DNA from: an uncultured Bacilli bacterium
GTDB lineage: Bacteria > Bacillota_I > Bacilli_A > RF39 > UBA660
Direction of reading: 5' to 3'
Length of the DNA stretch: 64,000 bases
Assembly (NCBI GenBank): GCA_934085595.1
Contig: CAKOHK010000001.1
Location: 145,705-209,704 of the forward strand
The position numbers and the translations under genes are program-made. Within the stretch, counting starts at the first letter, position 1, and every line of letters begins with the position of its first letter. Below are positions 30,504-40,155 of the stretch, in pieces. Below the pieces are notes generated by a model. The model ran no database searches. It saw only the letters and a list, made by a program, of their open reading frames with translations, and was not told the origin of the DNA.

Positions 30504-30516
30504 TTATTTACTAAAG

Positions 30517-30593
<77 letters not shown>

Positions 30594-30747
30594 ATTTCTT
30601 TCAAGTACTAGTTAAGTATACAATAGAAATTATACTTTTTCAAGTACTTTTTACAAGATTTTTCAAAAAAATATACTTTTTTTATACGGTTTAACATAAC
30701 TTTAAAAAAAATATTAAATAAAATTAATAAAACTTTCAAAAAACATA

Positions 30748-30776
30748 TTGACTAGTATTATCAATTTTGATATTAT
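30748..30776 (+). promoter_or_regulatory. Promoter TTGACT-17-TATTAT for the Y-family polymerase gene. A weak Cheo/LexA-box-like element cgAAAgtgtgTTTg lies at +7..+20
   Basis: ttgact 30748-30753 and tattat 30771-30776. GAAA-N4-GTTT at 30784-30797 has two mismatches to GAAC-N4-GTTC. Confidence 0.4.
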
Positions 30777-30796
30777 ATCTACGAAAGTGTGTTTGT

Positions 30797-32029
30797 ATGA
30801 ATAAAAATATAATTTGTATTGATTTAAAAAGTTTTTTTGCATCAGTCGAATGTATAGATAGAGGACTAGATCCATTCACTACTCCACTAGTGGTAGCAGA
30901 CATTTCTCGTGGTGAAGGAGCTATGACTCTCGCGGCGACCCCATATTTAAGAAGTCTTGGCGTAGAATCAAGAAGCAGAGTTTTCACATTACCAAAAAAC
31001 ATCAAAATAATATTCGCAAAACCAAGAATGAAATTATATGAAACATACAGTAAAAAAGTAATGAATATATATAAAAGTTTTGTAAGTGAAGAAGATGTAT
31101 ATGTTTTTTCGGTAGATGAAGCATTTTTAGATGTTACTAAATATCTAGACTACTATAAAATGACTGACTTTGAACTAGCAAAAACAATAATGAACAAAGT
31201 AAAAGAAGAAACAGGACTTACTACAACATGTGGTATCGGTCCAAACATGTTTTTATGCAAAGTAGCAATGGACACAGAAGCAAAGAAAAATAAAAGTTTT
31301 ATAGCTAAATGGACATACAAAGATGTAGAAACTAAACTGCAAGAAATAACACCACTAAACAAAATATGTGGAATTGGAAGACAATACGAAAAGCATTTAA
31401 ATGATTTAAAAATATACAAACTAAAAGATGTATTTAAATACACAAGAGGATTTTATATAAAAAGATTTGGAAATGTAGCAGGTAACGATATATGGCTTAA
31501 AGCATCAGGCCTAGACTACAATACAGTACAAGAACTGAATAAAAAGCAAAGAGAAAAGTCTATGAGTTTAAGCCAAATATTAAAAAGAGATTATAAAATA
31601 GAAGAAGCATTTACAATAATAATAGAAATGACGGATATGCTTTGTAGAAAATTAAGAAAAAGTAATAAAATGACTGGAAGAATCACTCTATTTTTAAGAT
31701 ATACAAGAGACTTAAATAATGGATTTTCAAAATCAATAAGTATAGAACCAACAGATAATCAAAATAAAATAATAGAAATATTTAAAAGAATATATAATGA
31801 AAATATAGAAGACTATCCAGTTAGAAAACTAGGCATAGCATTTAGTAATTTAGAAACTAAAAACACATCCCAGTTAAGCATATTTGATGATGTAGAAAAA
31901 GAAGATAAATACACTTCCGCAATAGACGAAATACAAGAAAAGTATGGCCCACTATCTATCCTAAGAGCTTCTTCTTTAATGGAAAACTCAACAATAAAAG
32001 AAAGAGAAAAGTTTAAAAATCTATTTTAA
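30797..32029 (+). CDS. Y-family (DinB/UmuC-like) translesion DNA polymerase
   Basis: MNKNIICIDLKSFFASVECIDRGLDP...PLVV is the Y-family N-terminal catalytic motif. Start at 30797 is preferred over the upstream ATG of the ORF track. Confidence 0.8.
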   Translation: MNKNIICIDLKSFFASVECIDRGLDPFTTPLVVADISRGEGAMTLAATPYLRSLGVESRSRVFTLPKNIKIIFAKPRMKLYETYSKKVMNIYKSFVSEEDVYVFSVDEAFLDVTKYLDYYKMTDFELAKTIMNKVKEETGLTTTCGIGPNMFLCKVAMDTEAKKNKSFIAKWTYKDVETKLQEITPLNKICGIGRQYEKHLNDLKIYKLKDVFKYTRGFYIKRFGNVAGNDIWLKASGLDYNTVQELNKKQREKSMSLSQILKRDYKIEEAFTIIIEMTDMLCRKLRKSNKMTGRITLFLRYTRDLNNGFSKSISIEPTDNQNKIIEIFKRIYNENIEDYPVRKLGIAFSNLETKNTSQLSIFDDVEKEDKYTSAIDEIQEKYGPLSILRASSLMENSTIKEREKFKNLF

Positions 32030-32818
32030 CAACTCATCCAAAGAAACTATATTAAAACCTTTACTCTTAATATATTTAATCGCAACACTAAGTTCACTCA
32101 AAATATACTCATTTTCACTAATAAAAATAATATTCCCCGCACCTACATTATTTTTAATATAAGAAACAAGATTACGATTAACTACTTCACTTACATATAA
32201 AGTACTTATATTATCATTAGCGCACAAACTCAAAACATCAAACTTATCACTCTTACTACAATAATATTTATCTATATTATAAGATTTAAGTGTATTTTTA
32301 AAACTCTTATACTCTCTTTCACTATTCCCACTAAAAACTATATTACTTCTTCCATCAATATACTTAACATTATTATAATTAGCAAGCATATTAACAAAAG
32401 CATTATTTTTATCAAAAATACTTACCATCTCATTAATATATTTTCCATCATTAATCTTAACAACTATACTAACCTTATTTAAAGTATTAAAAGCACCTAT
32501 AATATACTTATCCAAATTATTACTAGCACTCGTAACACACTCGTCACTATCATAAGATATTAAATCTTTTCTAAAGCCAATTCCTTTCATATTACCATAA
32601 CTTTTAATAACATTAACACTTTTCCCACTATTTCCAATAATAATGTTACTATCATTAATGCTTCCCTCAGCACACTTATAATCAAAATCATCTTTATATA
32701 AATTAATCGCATCCATAATAACATCATTCTTTTTAGAAAGTTCAAAAACCTTATTCATATATATAATACAAAATACAAAAATCATAATCATATAAAAATA
32801 TCTAATAAACCTCTTCAT
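32021..32818 (-). CDS. Hypothetical N-terminally membrane-anchored protein
   Basis: 265 aa with an N-terminal TM. Confidence 0.35.
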   Translation of the reverse strand: MKRFIRYFYMIMIFVFCIIYMNKVFELSKKNDVIMDAINLYKDDFDYKCAEGSINDSNIIIGNSGKSVNVIKSYGNMKGIGFRKDLISYDSDECVTSASNNLDKYIIGAFNTLNKVSIVVKINDGKYINEMVSIFDKNNAFVNMLANYNNVKYIDGRSNIVFSGNSEREYKSFKNTLKSYNIDKYYCSKSDKFDVLSLCANDNISTLYVSEVVNRNLVSYIKNNVGAGNIIFISENEYILSELSVAIKYIKSKGFNIVSLDELLK

Positions 32819-32848
32819 ATTAAACTATATGAAAAAACACTTTAAATA

Positions 32849-33940
32849 TTATAAAGTGCTTGAAATATTAAATCTCTTATTAAAATCTTGAACTCTCTTT
32901 CTAATATAAGGCTCTACATAATCTCCATCAATAAATGAATCAATATCTATTTTAAAATAATCAAGTATCTGCCCTATATCATAGTCAAAATATAATCTAT
33001 TACTGCATATCTCATCAAGAATCTCAAGAGCCTTCTTTTTATCTTTTCTATAAAGAACTGCTAAATGAAGACTTACATAATTACCAATAAAATAATTAAA
33101 ACTTTCATTGTAATTATATAATTCTTCAAGCTTTATATTCCCATTATCATACCCCTCAGACATATAATTATAAAAATCAATAACGTCATCTGCATAACAA
33201 ATAAATGGAAAAGACCTTCTATTAAAATAAACATCACTAGCTTTTTCATCTATTTTATTATCTTTAATATAATCTAAAAATATTCTTTCATAAAATGTAG
33301 ATGGAACTTCATCCAAAAAGCATTTATAATATGGCTTCATCTGACCATAAGGTAAAGCATACTTATAAAAATCAATAGCGTGCCCTATCTCATGAGATAA
33401 AATACACCCGTTTCCATAATGAGAAAGTCCAGTAAATAACAAAACATAACATTTTTGTAAATAATAACTCCAGTTACATACTCCGCCATACACCGGATTA
33501 TAAAACTCATCACTAACAAGGCCATTTTTAAACATACTCTTAGTTATTTCATAATCCCTATCACTTACACTTTTCATAAACTCAAGTAAAGTACAAATAA
33601 TATCAGATTTACTTTTACACTCAAGCGCGTCATCCATAGGCATATAAATATAACCACAAGAATCATATATATCAGTAATACTACTAGCCATAGTATTTAA
33701 ATATAATTGATTATCTTCTAAAGCTCTTAGTAGTTTATCTTCATTCTTCTTATTTATATCTTTTACTCTAGAATATTTATACTTACTCTCAATACTACTT
33801 TTAACGCCTCCCAAAATATTAGCTGACATATTTCCAAGAGTATTCACATCAGTAGGATACATTAAAGAATTATTTCCTTTTTCTAAGAACTTATAAAGTC
33901 TATCCATGTCTCTTTTAATTTGTTTAACATCAAAATCCAT
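32849..33940 (-). CDS. Putative zinc metallopeptidase (HExxH)
   Basis: 363 aa. GCILSHEIGHAIDFY contains HEIGH. Otherwise unrecognised. Confidence 0.4.
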   Translation of the reverse strand: MDFDVKQIKRDMDRLYKFLEKGNNSLMYPTDVNTLGNMSANILGGVKSSIESKYKYSRVKDINKKNEDKLLRALEDNQLYLNTMASSITDIYDSCGYIYMPMDDALECKSKSDIICTLLEFMKSVSDRDYEITKSMFKNGLVSDEFYNPVYGGVCNWSYYLQKCYVLLFTGLSHYGNGCILSHEIGHAIDFYKYALPYGQMKPYYKCFLDEVPSTFYERIFLDYIKDNKIDEKASDVYFNRRSFPFICYADDVIDFYNYMSEGYDNGNIKLEELYNYNESFNYFIGNYVSLHLAVLYRKDKKKALEILDEICSNRLYFDYDIGQILDYFKIDIDSFIDGDYVEPYIRKRVQDFNKRFNISSTL

Positions 33941-33967
33941 TATAATCCCCCTCTATAAGAAAACCTA

Positions 33968-35257
33968 CTAATGGCTAGTAGGCACAATTTTATCTTTACC
34001 ACCCATATAAGGTCTTAATACTTCTGGTACAGTAATACTTCCATCTTCATTATAATTATTTTCAATAACAGCAATTAACCCTCTAGGACTAGCAACAACA
34101 GTATTATTTAGAGTATGTACAAAATAAGTACCATCTTCACCCTTAGTTCTAATACCAAGTCTACGAGCTTGAGCATCACCAAGAGTACTACAGCTACCAA
34201 CTTCAAAATACTTTTGTTGTCTTGGACTCCAAGCCTCTATATCACAAGATTTAACTTTCAAATCAGCAAGATCACCACTACAGCACTCAAGTTGTCTAAC
34301 TGGAACATTAAGATTTCTAAATATTTCTACTGTATATCTCCACATTTTTTCATAAAAATCCATAGACTCACTAGGTTTACATAAAACTATCATTTCTTGT
34401 TTTTCAAATTGATGAACTCTATAAAGTCCTCTTTCTTCAAGTCCATGACTTCCACCCTCTTTTCTAAAACAAGGACTATAAGAAGTCATAGTAATTGGAA
34501 GTTCACTTTCATTAATTATTCTATCTTTAAATCTACCAATCATAGAATGTTCACTTGTACCAATTAAATATAAATCTTCATTTTCTATTTTATACATCAT
34601 AGCTTCCATTTCAGGAAAACTCATAACACCTTCAACTACACTTGCATGAATCATAAAAGGTGGAATAGCAAATGTAAATCCTTTATCAATCATATAATCA
34701 CGAGCATAAGCAAGCATTGCTTCATGAAGTCTAGCAGCATCTCCAAGTAAATAATAAAAACCTTGACCACTAGTTTTACCAGCACTATCTTTATCAAGTC
34801 CATTTATAGATTCAAGTATATCAGCATGATAAGGTATAGTATAAGAAGGAACAGTTGCTTCTCCAAATCTTTGAACCTCAACATTCTCACTATCATCTTT
34901 TCCGATAGGTACACTCTCATCTATTATATTAGGAATAACCATCATTTTTTCTCTAATTAATTTTTCAAGTTCAACTTCCCTATTACCGCATTCTTCAATT
35001 TCACGAGATATCTCTTGAACTCTCTTTTTAGCTTCTTCTATCTTATCAGTTTCTTTGTTTTTAACATACTCTCCTATAGAAGCACTAACTTTATTTTTTT
35101 CACTTCTTAAATTATCAGCCTTAAACTTAGCAAGTCTATATTCTTCATCAAGATTATACACTTCATCCACAATAGGAAGTTTTTCATCTTGGAACTTTTT
35201 CTTAATATTTTCTTTAACTAAATCTCTATTTTCTCTTATTAATTTAATATCTATCAT
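33968..35257 (-). CDS. serS: Serine--tRNA ligase
   Basis: 429 aa with an N-terminal coiled coil. Class II motifs: YSPCFRKEGGSHGLEERGLYRVHQFEKQE. Confidence 0.85.
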   Translation of the reverse strand: MIDIKLIRENRDLVKENIKKKFQDEKLPIVDEVYNLDEEYRLAKFKADNLRSEKNKVSASIGEYVKNKETDKIEEAKKRVQEISREIEECGNREVELEKLIREKMMVIPNIIDESVPIGKDDSENVEVQRFGEATVPSYTIPYHADILESINGLDKDSAGKTSGQGFYYLLGDAARLHEAMLAYARDYMIDKGFTFAIPPFMIHASVVEGVMSFPEMEAMMYKIENEDLYLIGTSEHSMIGRFKDRIINESELPITMTSYSPCFRKEGGSHGLEERGLYRVHQFEKQEMIVLCKPSESMDFYEKMWRYTVEIFRNLNVPVRQLECCSGDLADLKVKSCDIEAWSPRQQKYFEVGSCSTLGDAQARRLGIRTKGEDGTYFVHTLNNTVVASPRGLIAVIENNYNEDGSITVPEVLRPYMGGKDKIVPTSH

Positions 35258-35357
35258 ATTTCACAACCTCACTCATATTTTAACATCAAAAATATTAAAT
35301 GTAAATGATAACAAATATTCTAAAGAAAAAAACTAACAAACTATAGTTCATTAGTTA

Positions 35358-37553
35358 TTACATAACAGGTCCTGAATCTTCAAGATTTGCATTATTATTC
35401 ATATTCATCTCATTCATATGAGTTTGCATTAAATATTGAATCATTTGTTTACTATAATCGCCTTTTTTTCGTTCTTTAGAATAATACATATCATAATATC
35501 CTAAAACATCACTTTCACTTACTCCCATCTTCTGTGAAACATCACTTAAATATTCTTGTATCTTACTATTATCAGGCATCTTTTTCTTTTTTTCCATTAA
35601 CAACTTACAAAAACTAGATTTTTCTTTAGCCTCTAAAGGAAATGTTCTAATCGCTTCAGGATTCCTCTGAAACAAATCAGTTATTTGACTATACATATAA
35701 TCTGATGTATTAAATCCACCAATCATCATATTATCAACAACATTATTAAGAGGTGAATAATCATAATACTCTGAAGGTATATCAAAATTATCAGGAGAAA
35801 AACTAGTACTCCTCTTCATCACTTCAGCATTACCAGCTATAGATTGCATCGCCATAAGATCACCTACTAACTTATTACCCTCAAAGTTAATATCACCCGC
35901 ATAATCCTTATCCCTAACAGCATCTTGATAATGTTCAATCTCCGTTATTATTTGAGCTTTAATAGTTTTTAAAGCACCTTCATCATAACTACTAATATCT
36001 ACTCCATTAAGCATCTGTGCAAACACACTATCAACATCAAAATCATAACTATCAGATTTATCCAAAAGATATTTCAAAAACTGAGCTTGATGTGCATACT
36101 TACCACCAGCTTCTTTAGAAAAATCTAAATTAAGACTCTTTAACATAGATATATTAAGTGATGAAATATAACTATCTTCTTTACTCCTATTAATCAAATC
36201 TAAAATATCATCACTACCCTTTGCATATTTACCACTCACATTAGCAGTATAAGCAAGTAAATAGCCTAAATACTTACTCTTTAATTCATCATAATCAGCA
36301 TTAATACTATCTTCAATCGGAGGAATATTTACTTTAGTTTCAGCTTTAGGTAAAACTATACCCTTTTCTTCATCTGTTAAAGTACGACTAAGTATTTCTT
36401 CACTACTACTTGTTAAAAATAAATCTGTATTATATGCTTTAAGAAAACTATCAGAAGGACTTCCAAGTCTTTTAACATTAACAAAATCATATTCAGACTG
36501 TAAAGTCTTTGCCATAACTGCGATTTCATCTAATTTACTATAAAATAATTCTTCGTTTTTAGCTATATCAACAAGCATAGGATATCTTCCAATGATACTT
36601 GATATAGGATGAAAAGAAACAGTCTCATCAAAAGAAGATATTTTATTTTCACGTACACTTTCAATTGCTCCCATTATTGCTCTAACGCCATATCCCATGT
36701 CAAAGAAATCATATTTTCCACTAGCCTCAACTTCATGAACATGATTTTCAAACGACGCTTTAGCAAGGCTAGGATCAATTCCTTTCATATTATAAGCTTT
36801 ATAAGCAGCAATAGATTCAAATCTATCAAGTTGGCTAGCCGTAGGCACAACAAGTCTATCCATATCCGCAAATACCATTACTTGACTACGTCCAAACTTA
36901 TCTAAAACAGCAGCATAATCCATATCTTTTCCAATAGTAGTACTTACATTTTCTTTACCGTAAACTTTTTCAGTTATTGCTTTTACCATATCTTCCATTT
37001 TTTTAGGATAAACATTAACCACAATAGGTGCTTTAACTGTATTTACTCCATACTTATTTACCTGCATCTCACCAGCCTCATATATCGCATGATGTAAGCA
37101 ATATAAGTTCCACTTTTCATTTGACTTCTGTGCTACCTCCATCTCATCTTCTCTATTCTTGCACACATCACTAGAAAATATAGGAAGTCCTTCTTTTTTC
37201 TTATATTCAACAGTTTCAAGAGTATGATTCGCTTTTACATATCTAGATTCAACTTCATCTTCCTTAACCCCATACATAAAATCAACAAATGGACTTATAT
37301 AAACAGATCTACGTAATGCATCATTTATAGAATATTCTGTAAGTGAATCACTAGTATCATAACCAGTCATAGCGTACAAAGAAGGTATGCTTCCTTCTAA
37401 AGCCTCTTTACTCTTATCATACCCAGTCCATATCCTATAATAATTAGGATCAATACGCACACTCGTCATAAAGTTTGGATAATCACGCATATTTTTATCA
37501 AAATAATAAAGATTACTAGGTATCTCACCATAATTTACTACAAAATCAGCCAT
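35358..37553 (-). CDS. Large (731 aa) cytoplasmic hypothetical protein with no recognisable domain
   Basis: No signal peptide. Acidic. Ends in an Asn/Met-rich tail. Immediately upstream of serS. Confidence 0.4.
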   Translation of the reverse strand: MADFVVNYGEIPSNLYYFDKNMRDYPNFMTSVRIDPNYYRIWTGYDKSKEALEGSIPSLYAMTGYDTSDSLTEYSINDALRRSVYISPFVDFMYGVKEDEVESRYVKANHTLETVEYKKKEGLPIFSSDVCKNREDEMEVAQKSNEKWNLYCLHHAIYEAGEMQVNKYGVNTVKAPIVVNVYPKKMEDMVKAITEKVYGKENVSTTIGKDMDYAAVLDKFGRSQVMVFADMDRLVVPTASQLDRFESIAAYKAYNMKGIDPSLAKASFENHVHEVEASGKYDFFDMGYGVRAIMGAIESVRENKISSFDETVSFHPISSIIGRYPMLVDIAKNEELFYSKLDEIAVMAKTLQSEYDFVNVKRLGSPSDSFLKAYNTDLFLTSSSEEILSRTLTDEEKGIVLPKAETKVNIPPIEDSINADYDELKSKYLGYLLAYTANVSGKYAKGSDDILDLINRSKEDSYISSLNISMLKSLNLDFSKEAGGKYAHQAQFLKYLLDKSDSYDFDVDSVFAQMLNGVDISSYDEGALKTIKAQIITEIEHYQDAVRDKDYAGDINFEGNKLVGDLMAMQSIAGNAEVMKRSTSFSPDNFDIPSEYYDYSPLNNVVDNMMIGGFNTSDYMYSQITDLFQRNPEAIRTFPLEAKEKSSFCKLLMEKKKKMPDNSKIQEYLSDVSQKMGVSESDVLGYYDMYYSKERKKGDYSKQMIQYLMQTHMNEMNMNNNANLEDSGPVM

Positions 37554-37642
37554 CTTACACCTCCATTATATCATCTAGTAATATATCTTCTATTTAAATT
37601 ATACTCTAATATATTAAATACCACAAGGACTAATAAAAATCC

Positions 37643-38158
37643 TTATTTTATACTATTAAGCCCTCTAGCATACTCTTCTAACATCTTACATTTTCTTTCT
37701 ATCTCATTAACAACATCTTTTATACTTCTATGATTACCATCTCTATCATAATAATCAATCACAGATTCAATAGTACTCCTCTTTTCATCTTCACCATCAT
37801 CTATCCTATAATAAAAACCATCAGGTAAGTTATCAAACTTATATTCTCTTTCAAATAATATGTATAAAAGAGTATTTTCAATTTCTTCAAAGCAATCAAA
37901 ACCATCTTCCCTTATTCTTTTAATAAGTATTTTATTATTATTTTGATATTCTTTCAATTTATCAATACTAACATTCAAACTCTCACGAAACTCTATTTTA
38001 TAATGTCCTGAACAACTAGCAAATGTCTTATATCCTTTTTTATTAAATAATGAAACTGCATTAGCTATAGCTTTATCACAAATAAACACATCTTTATTGT
38101 CTTCAGCATGAAACCACACTTCAAAAGTATTTCTATCAATCAAACTATTTTTATCCAT
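37643..38158 (-). CDS. Hypothetical protein
   Basis: 171 aa. Confidence 0.35.
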   Translation of the reverse strand: MDKNSLIDRNTFEVWFHAEDNKDVFICDKAIANAVSLFNKKGYKTFASCSGHYKIEFRESLNVSIDKLKEYQNNNKILIKRIREDGFDCFEEIENTLLYILFEREYKFDNLPDGFYYRIDDGEDEKRSTIESVIDYYDRDGNHRSIKDVVNEIERKCKMLEEYARGLNSIK

Positions 38159-38233
38159 TTACTTCTCCCGTTAATATTATATCATCACTTCTAAAAAATT
38201 AAAAAACAATCAGCAACTAATTCACTAATTGTT

Positions 38234-39046
38234 TCATTCTTTAACTATCTTATAACTTTCATAAATATACTTTAAACTATCTTTAACATATATAGTCTTC
38301 TCTACTTCACTACCAGACAAAACCATTTTAGGTGGTATAGAAATCAATATCTTAAATAAAAGTTCTTCTTCTTTAAGTAATTCAAAATTATTTTTATATG
38401 TTTTAAATAGTATATCAAAATTAAGTTTATATCCATCACTTTTATAATATTTATATAAATCTAAAACGGGAGTATCGACCAAATGTTTTTCCCAACTAAT
38501 TAAATAATTTTTATCCCCTCTAATAAAATGTTCTTTTTTAATATTATTATGAACTATACATACTCTCTCAGTAGTTTTATCTTTTACAATATTCATCCAT
38601 TTCTTAATATTTTCTTCAGCATACTTTAAACTACCAAGAATAGTACTATAATTTCTAGCAAGTAAATAATGTGATGGACTCATATAAACTTCACCCTCTA
38701 TACTATCCATAAGATTCTCATAGTAATCTTTTAAATAAAGAATATTACCCTCTATTTTCTCTTTAACCTCTTTATGTTTATTACTACTTATATCTTTATA
38801 AAATACAGTTTTACTATGAAGTTTAGCCATAGTTTCTATTATAGATGTCCCACTAGCTACTTCCCTATACTTTTCGCTCTTAATATATTTACTCCTAACA
38901 CTATCATCAAGAACCTCTATAACAGAAGGAAAATTATCAAACCCACTCAAAAGTAAATAATCATATAGCTCAAGTACCTCATCATTTCTTTTCTTAACAA
39001 CACTATCCCCATCTATAACCACACTATTTTTATATTTCTTACTCAT
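38234..39046 (-). CDS. CotS/YsxE-family (kinase-like) spore coat protein
   Basis: 270 aa. CIVHNNIKKEHFI...YLISWEK...DTPVLDL is the CotS/YutH-type catalytic-loop and DFG-like region. Downstream of the SpoVID-like gene, as spoVID-ysxE in Bacillus. Confidence 0.5.
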   Translation of the reverse strand: MSKKYKNSVVIDGDSVVKKRNDEVLELYDYLLLSGFDNFPSVIEVLDDSVRSKYIKSEKYREVASGTSIIETMAKLHSKTVFYKDISSNKHKEVKEKIEGNILYLKDYYENLMDSIEGEVYMSPSHYLLARNYSTILGSLKYAEENIKKWMNIVKDKTTERVCIVHNNIKKEHFIRGDKNYLISWEKHLVDTPVLDLYKYYKSDGYKLNFDILFKTYKNNFELLKEEELLFKILISIPPKMVLSGSEVEKTIYVKDSLKYIYESYKIVKE

Positions 39047-39740
39047 TTATATAAGGTATTATTATCTTATCTCCAACACTTACATTACTTAAATCATTAT
39101 AATCTTTAATATCATCATACTTAACATTATATTTCTGACATATGCCATCTATCGTATCATTATCTCTAACTATATAAACTTTATAAATATTATAATTTTC
39201 TTTATTAACAATATTATTAGTTAAATTACTAATTTCTTCATTCCCTATATTATTAACCTCTTCATTAATATTAGTAGTCTTATTATTAGAATTATTAATT
39301 ATATTATCACTTATATCAGTATTAATATTAACATCAACATTATTATCATTAATTTCATTTTCTTCTTTAAAATAATCTTCATTATTTAAATTATCAAATA
39401 CATCCATAGGAATACTCTCTTCTTTCTTATCACAAGTAAATAATAAACTAGCATTAATACTCATAATATCTTTTACATAATCATATTTAAAATCATCTAT
39501 TTCTATATTAATAGTATCTTTTAATACATCATCTCCTATAGATATTTGATATGGTACTTCATAATAGAAATCTTCTTCTATTAAAGATGCCTCCGTCATT
39601 TTATATGTACCTGATATTATAATGTTTCCATTAACTGTATTATCTTTAATTTTATGATTTTCTTCTACATCTATTGATGTAACTTCACTAATTTTACTTT
39701 TAAAAATTATATCTTTTTTAAGTGGTATTAACTCTTTCAT
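39039..39740 (-). CDS. Short SpoVID/SipL-like spore morphogenesis protein with a C-terminal LysM domain
   Basis: 233 aa. N-terminal region (NGNIIISGTYKMTE...) resembles the SpoVID N-domain. C-terminal YIVRDNDTIDGICQKYNV...GDKIIIPY is LysM. Confidence 0.5.
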   Translation of the reverse strand: MKELIPLKKDIIFKSKISEVTSIDVEENHKIKDNTVNGNIIISGTYKMTEASLIEEDFYYEVPYQISIGDDVLKDTINIEIDDFKYDYVKDIMSINASLLFTCDKKEESIPMDVFDNLNNEDYFKEENEINDNNVDVNINTDISDNIINNSNNKTTNINEEVNNIGNEEISNLTNNIVNKENYNIYKVYIVRDNDTIDGICQKYNVKYDDIKDYNDLSNVSVGDKIIIPYINE

Positions 39741-39804
39741 ATTTCTCCTCTCACAAAAATATATGAAAGACTATCTTTTTTTAGTACAAAAAACCTCATA
39801 ACAT

Positions 39805-40155
39805 TTAATTACGAGGTTTAAATAAAAGTGTAACAATAAAAGCACATACAATAGCAGTAGTAAGCCCAGCTCCTGCATTATCAAATAATCCTTTAATAAG
39901 CCCTAGAAATCCAGATGCTTTATATCCAGCACTAGCACCAGTTACTAAAAGATGTCCAAAGTTAACTATCGGAACAGTTGCTCCAGCACAGCAAAGTCCT
40001 ATTATTTTATCATATATTCCAAATCCAGAAAGAGCACATCCAAATATAACTAAAATTGTATTCATATGTCCAGAAGTTAAATTAGTTTTTTCAAGAATAT
40101 ACTGTGAAATAGCACAAAGCAAACCACAAAATAGAAAAGCATAAAAATATGTCAT
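39805..40155 (-). CDS. spoVAE: Stage V sporulation protein AE (SpoVAEb-like)
   Basis: 116-aa membrane protein. Third gene of the spoVAC-AD-AE arrangement. Confidence 0.65.
   Translation of the reverse strand: MTYFYAFLFCGLLCAISQYILEKTNLTSGHMNTILVIFGCALSGFGIYDKIIGLCCAGATVPIVNFGHLLVTGASAGYKASGFLGLIKGLFDNAGAGLTTAIVCAFIVTLLFKPRN

Noticed and set aside
30767-30796. N-terminal extension MILYLRKCVCM of the Y-family polymerase ORF
   Set aside because: The upstream ATG lies inside the predicted -10 and 5' UTR region of the promoter at 30748-30776. The conserved Y-family N-terminus starts at MNKNIICIDL (30797).
30784-30797. LexA/Cheo box over the polymerase start
   Set aside because: Only a 2-mismatch GAAA-N4-GTTT version of GAAC-N4-GTTC. 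Kept as a low-confidence note, not as an annotated operator.
35258-35357. T-box leader expected upstream of serS
   Set aside because: Only about 100 nt separate serS from the upstream gene. That is too short for Stem I plus antiterminator, and no AGGGUGGNACCGCG-like motif is present. serS is probably co-transcribed or otherwise regulated.
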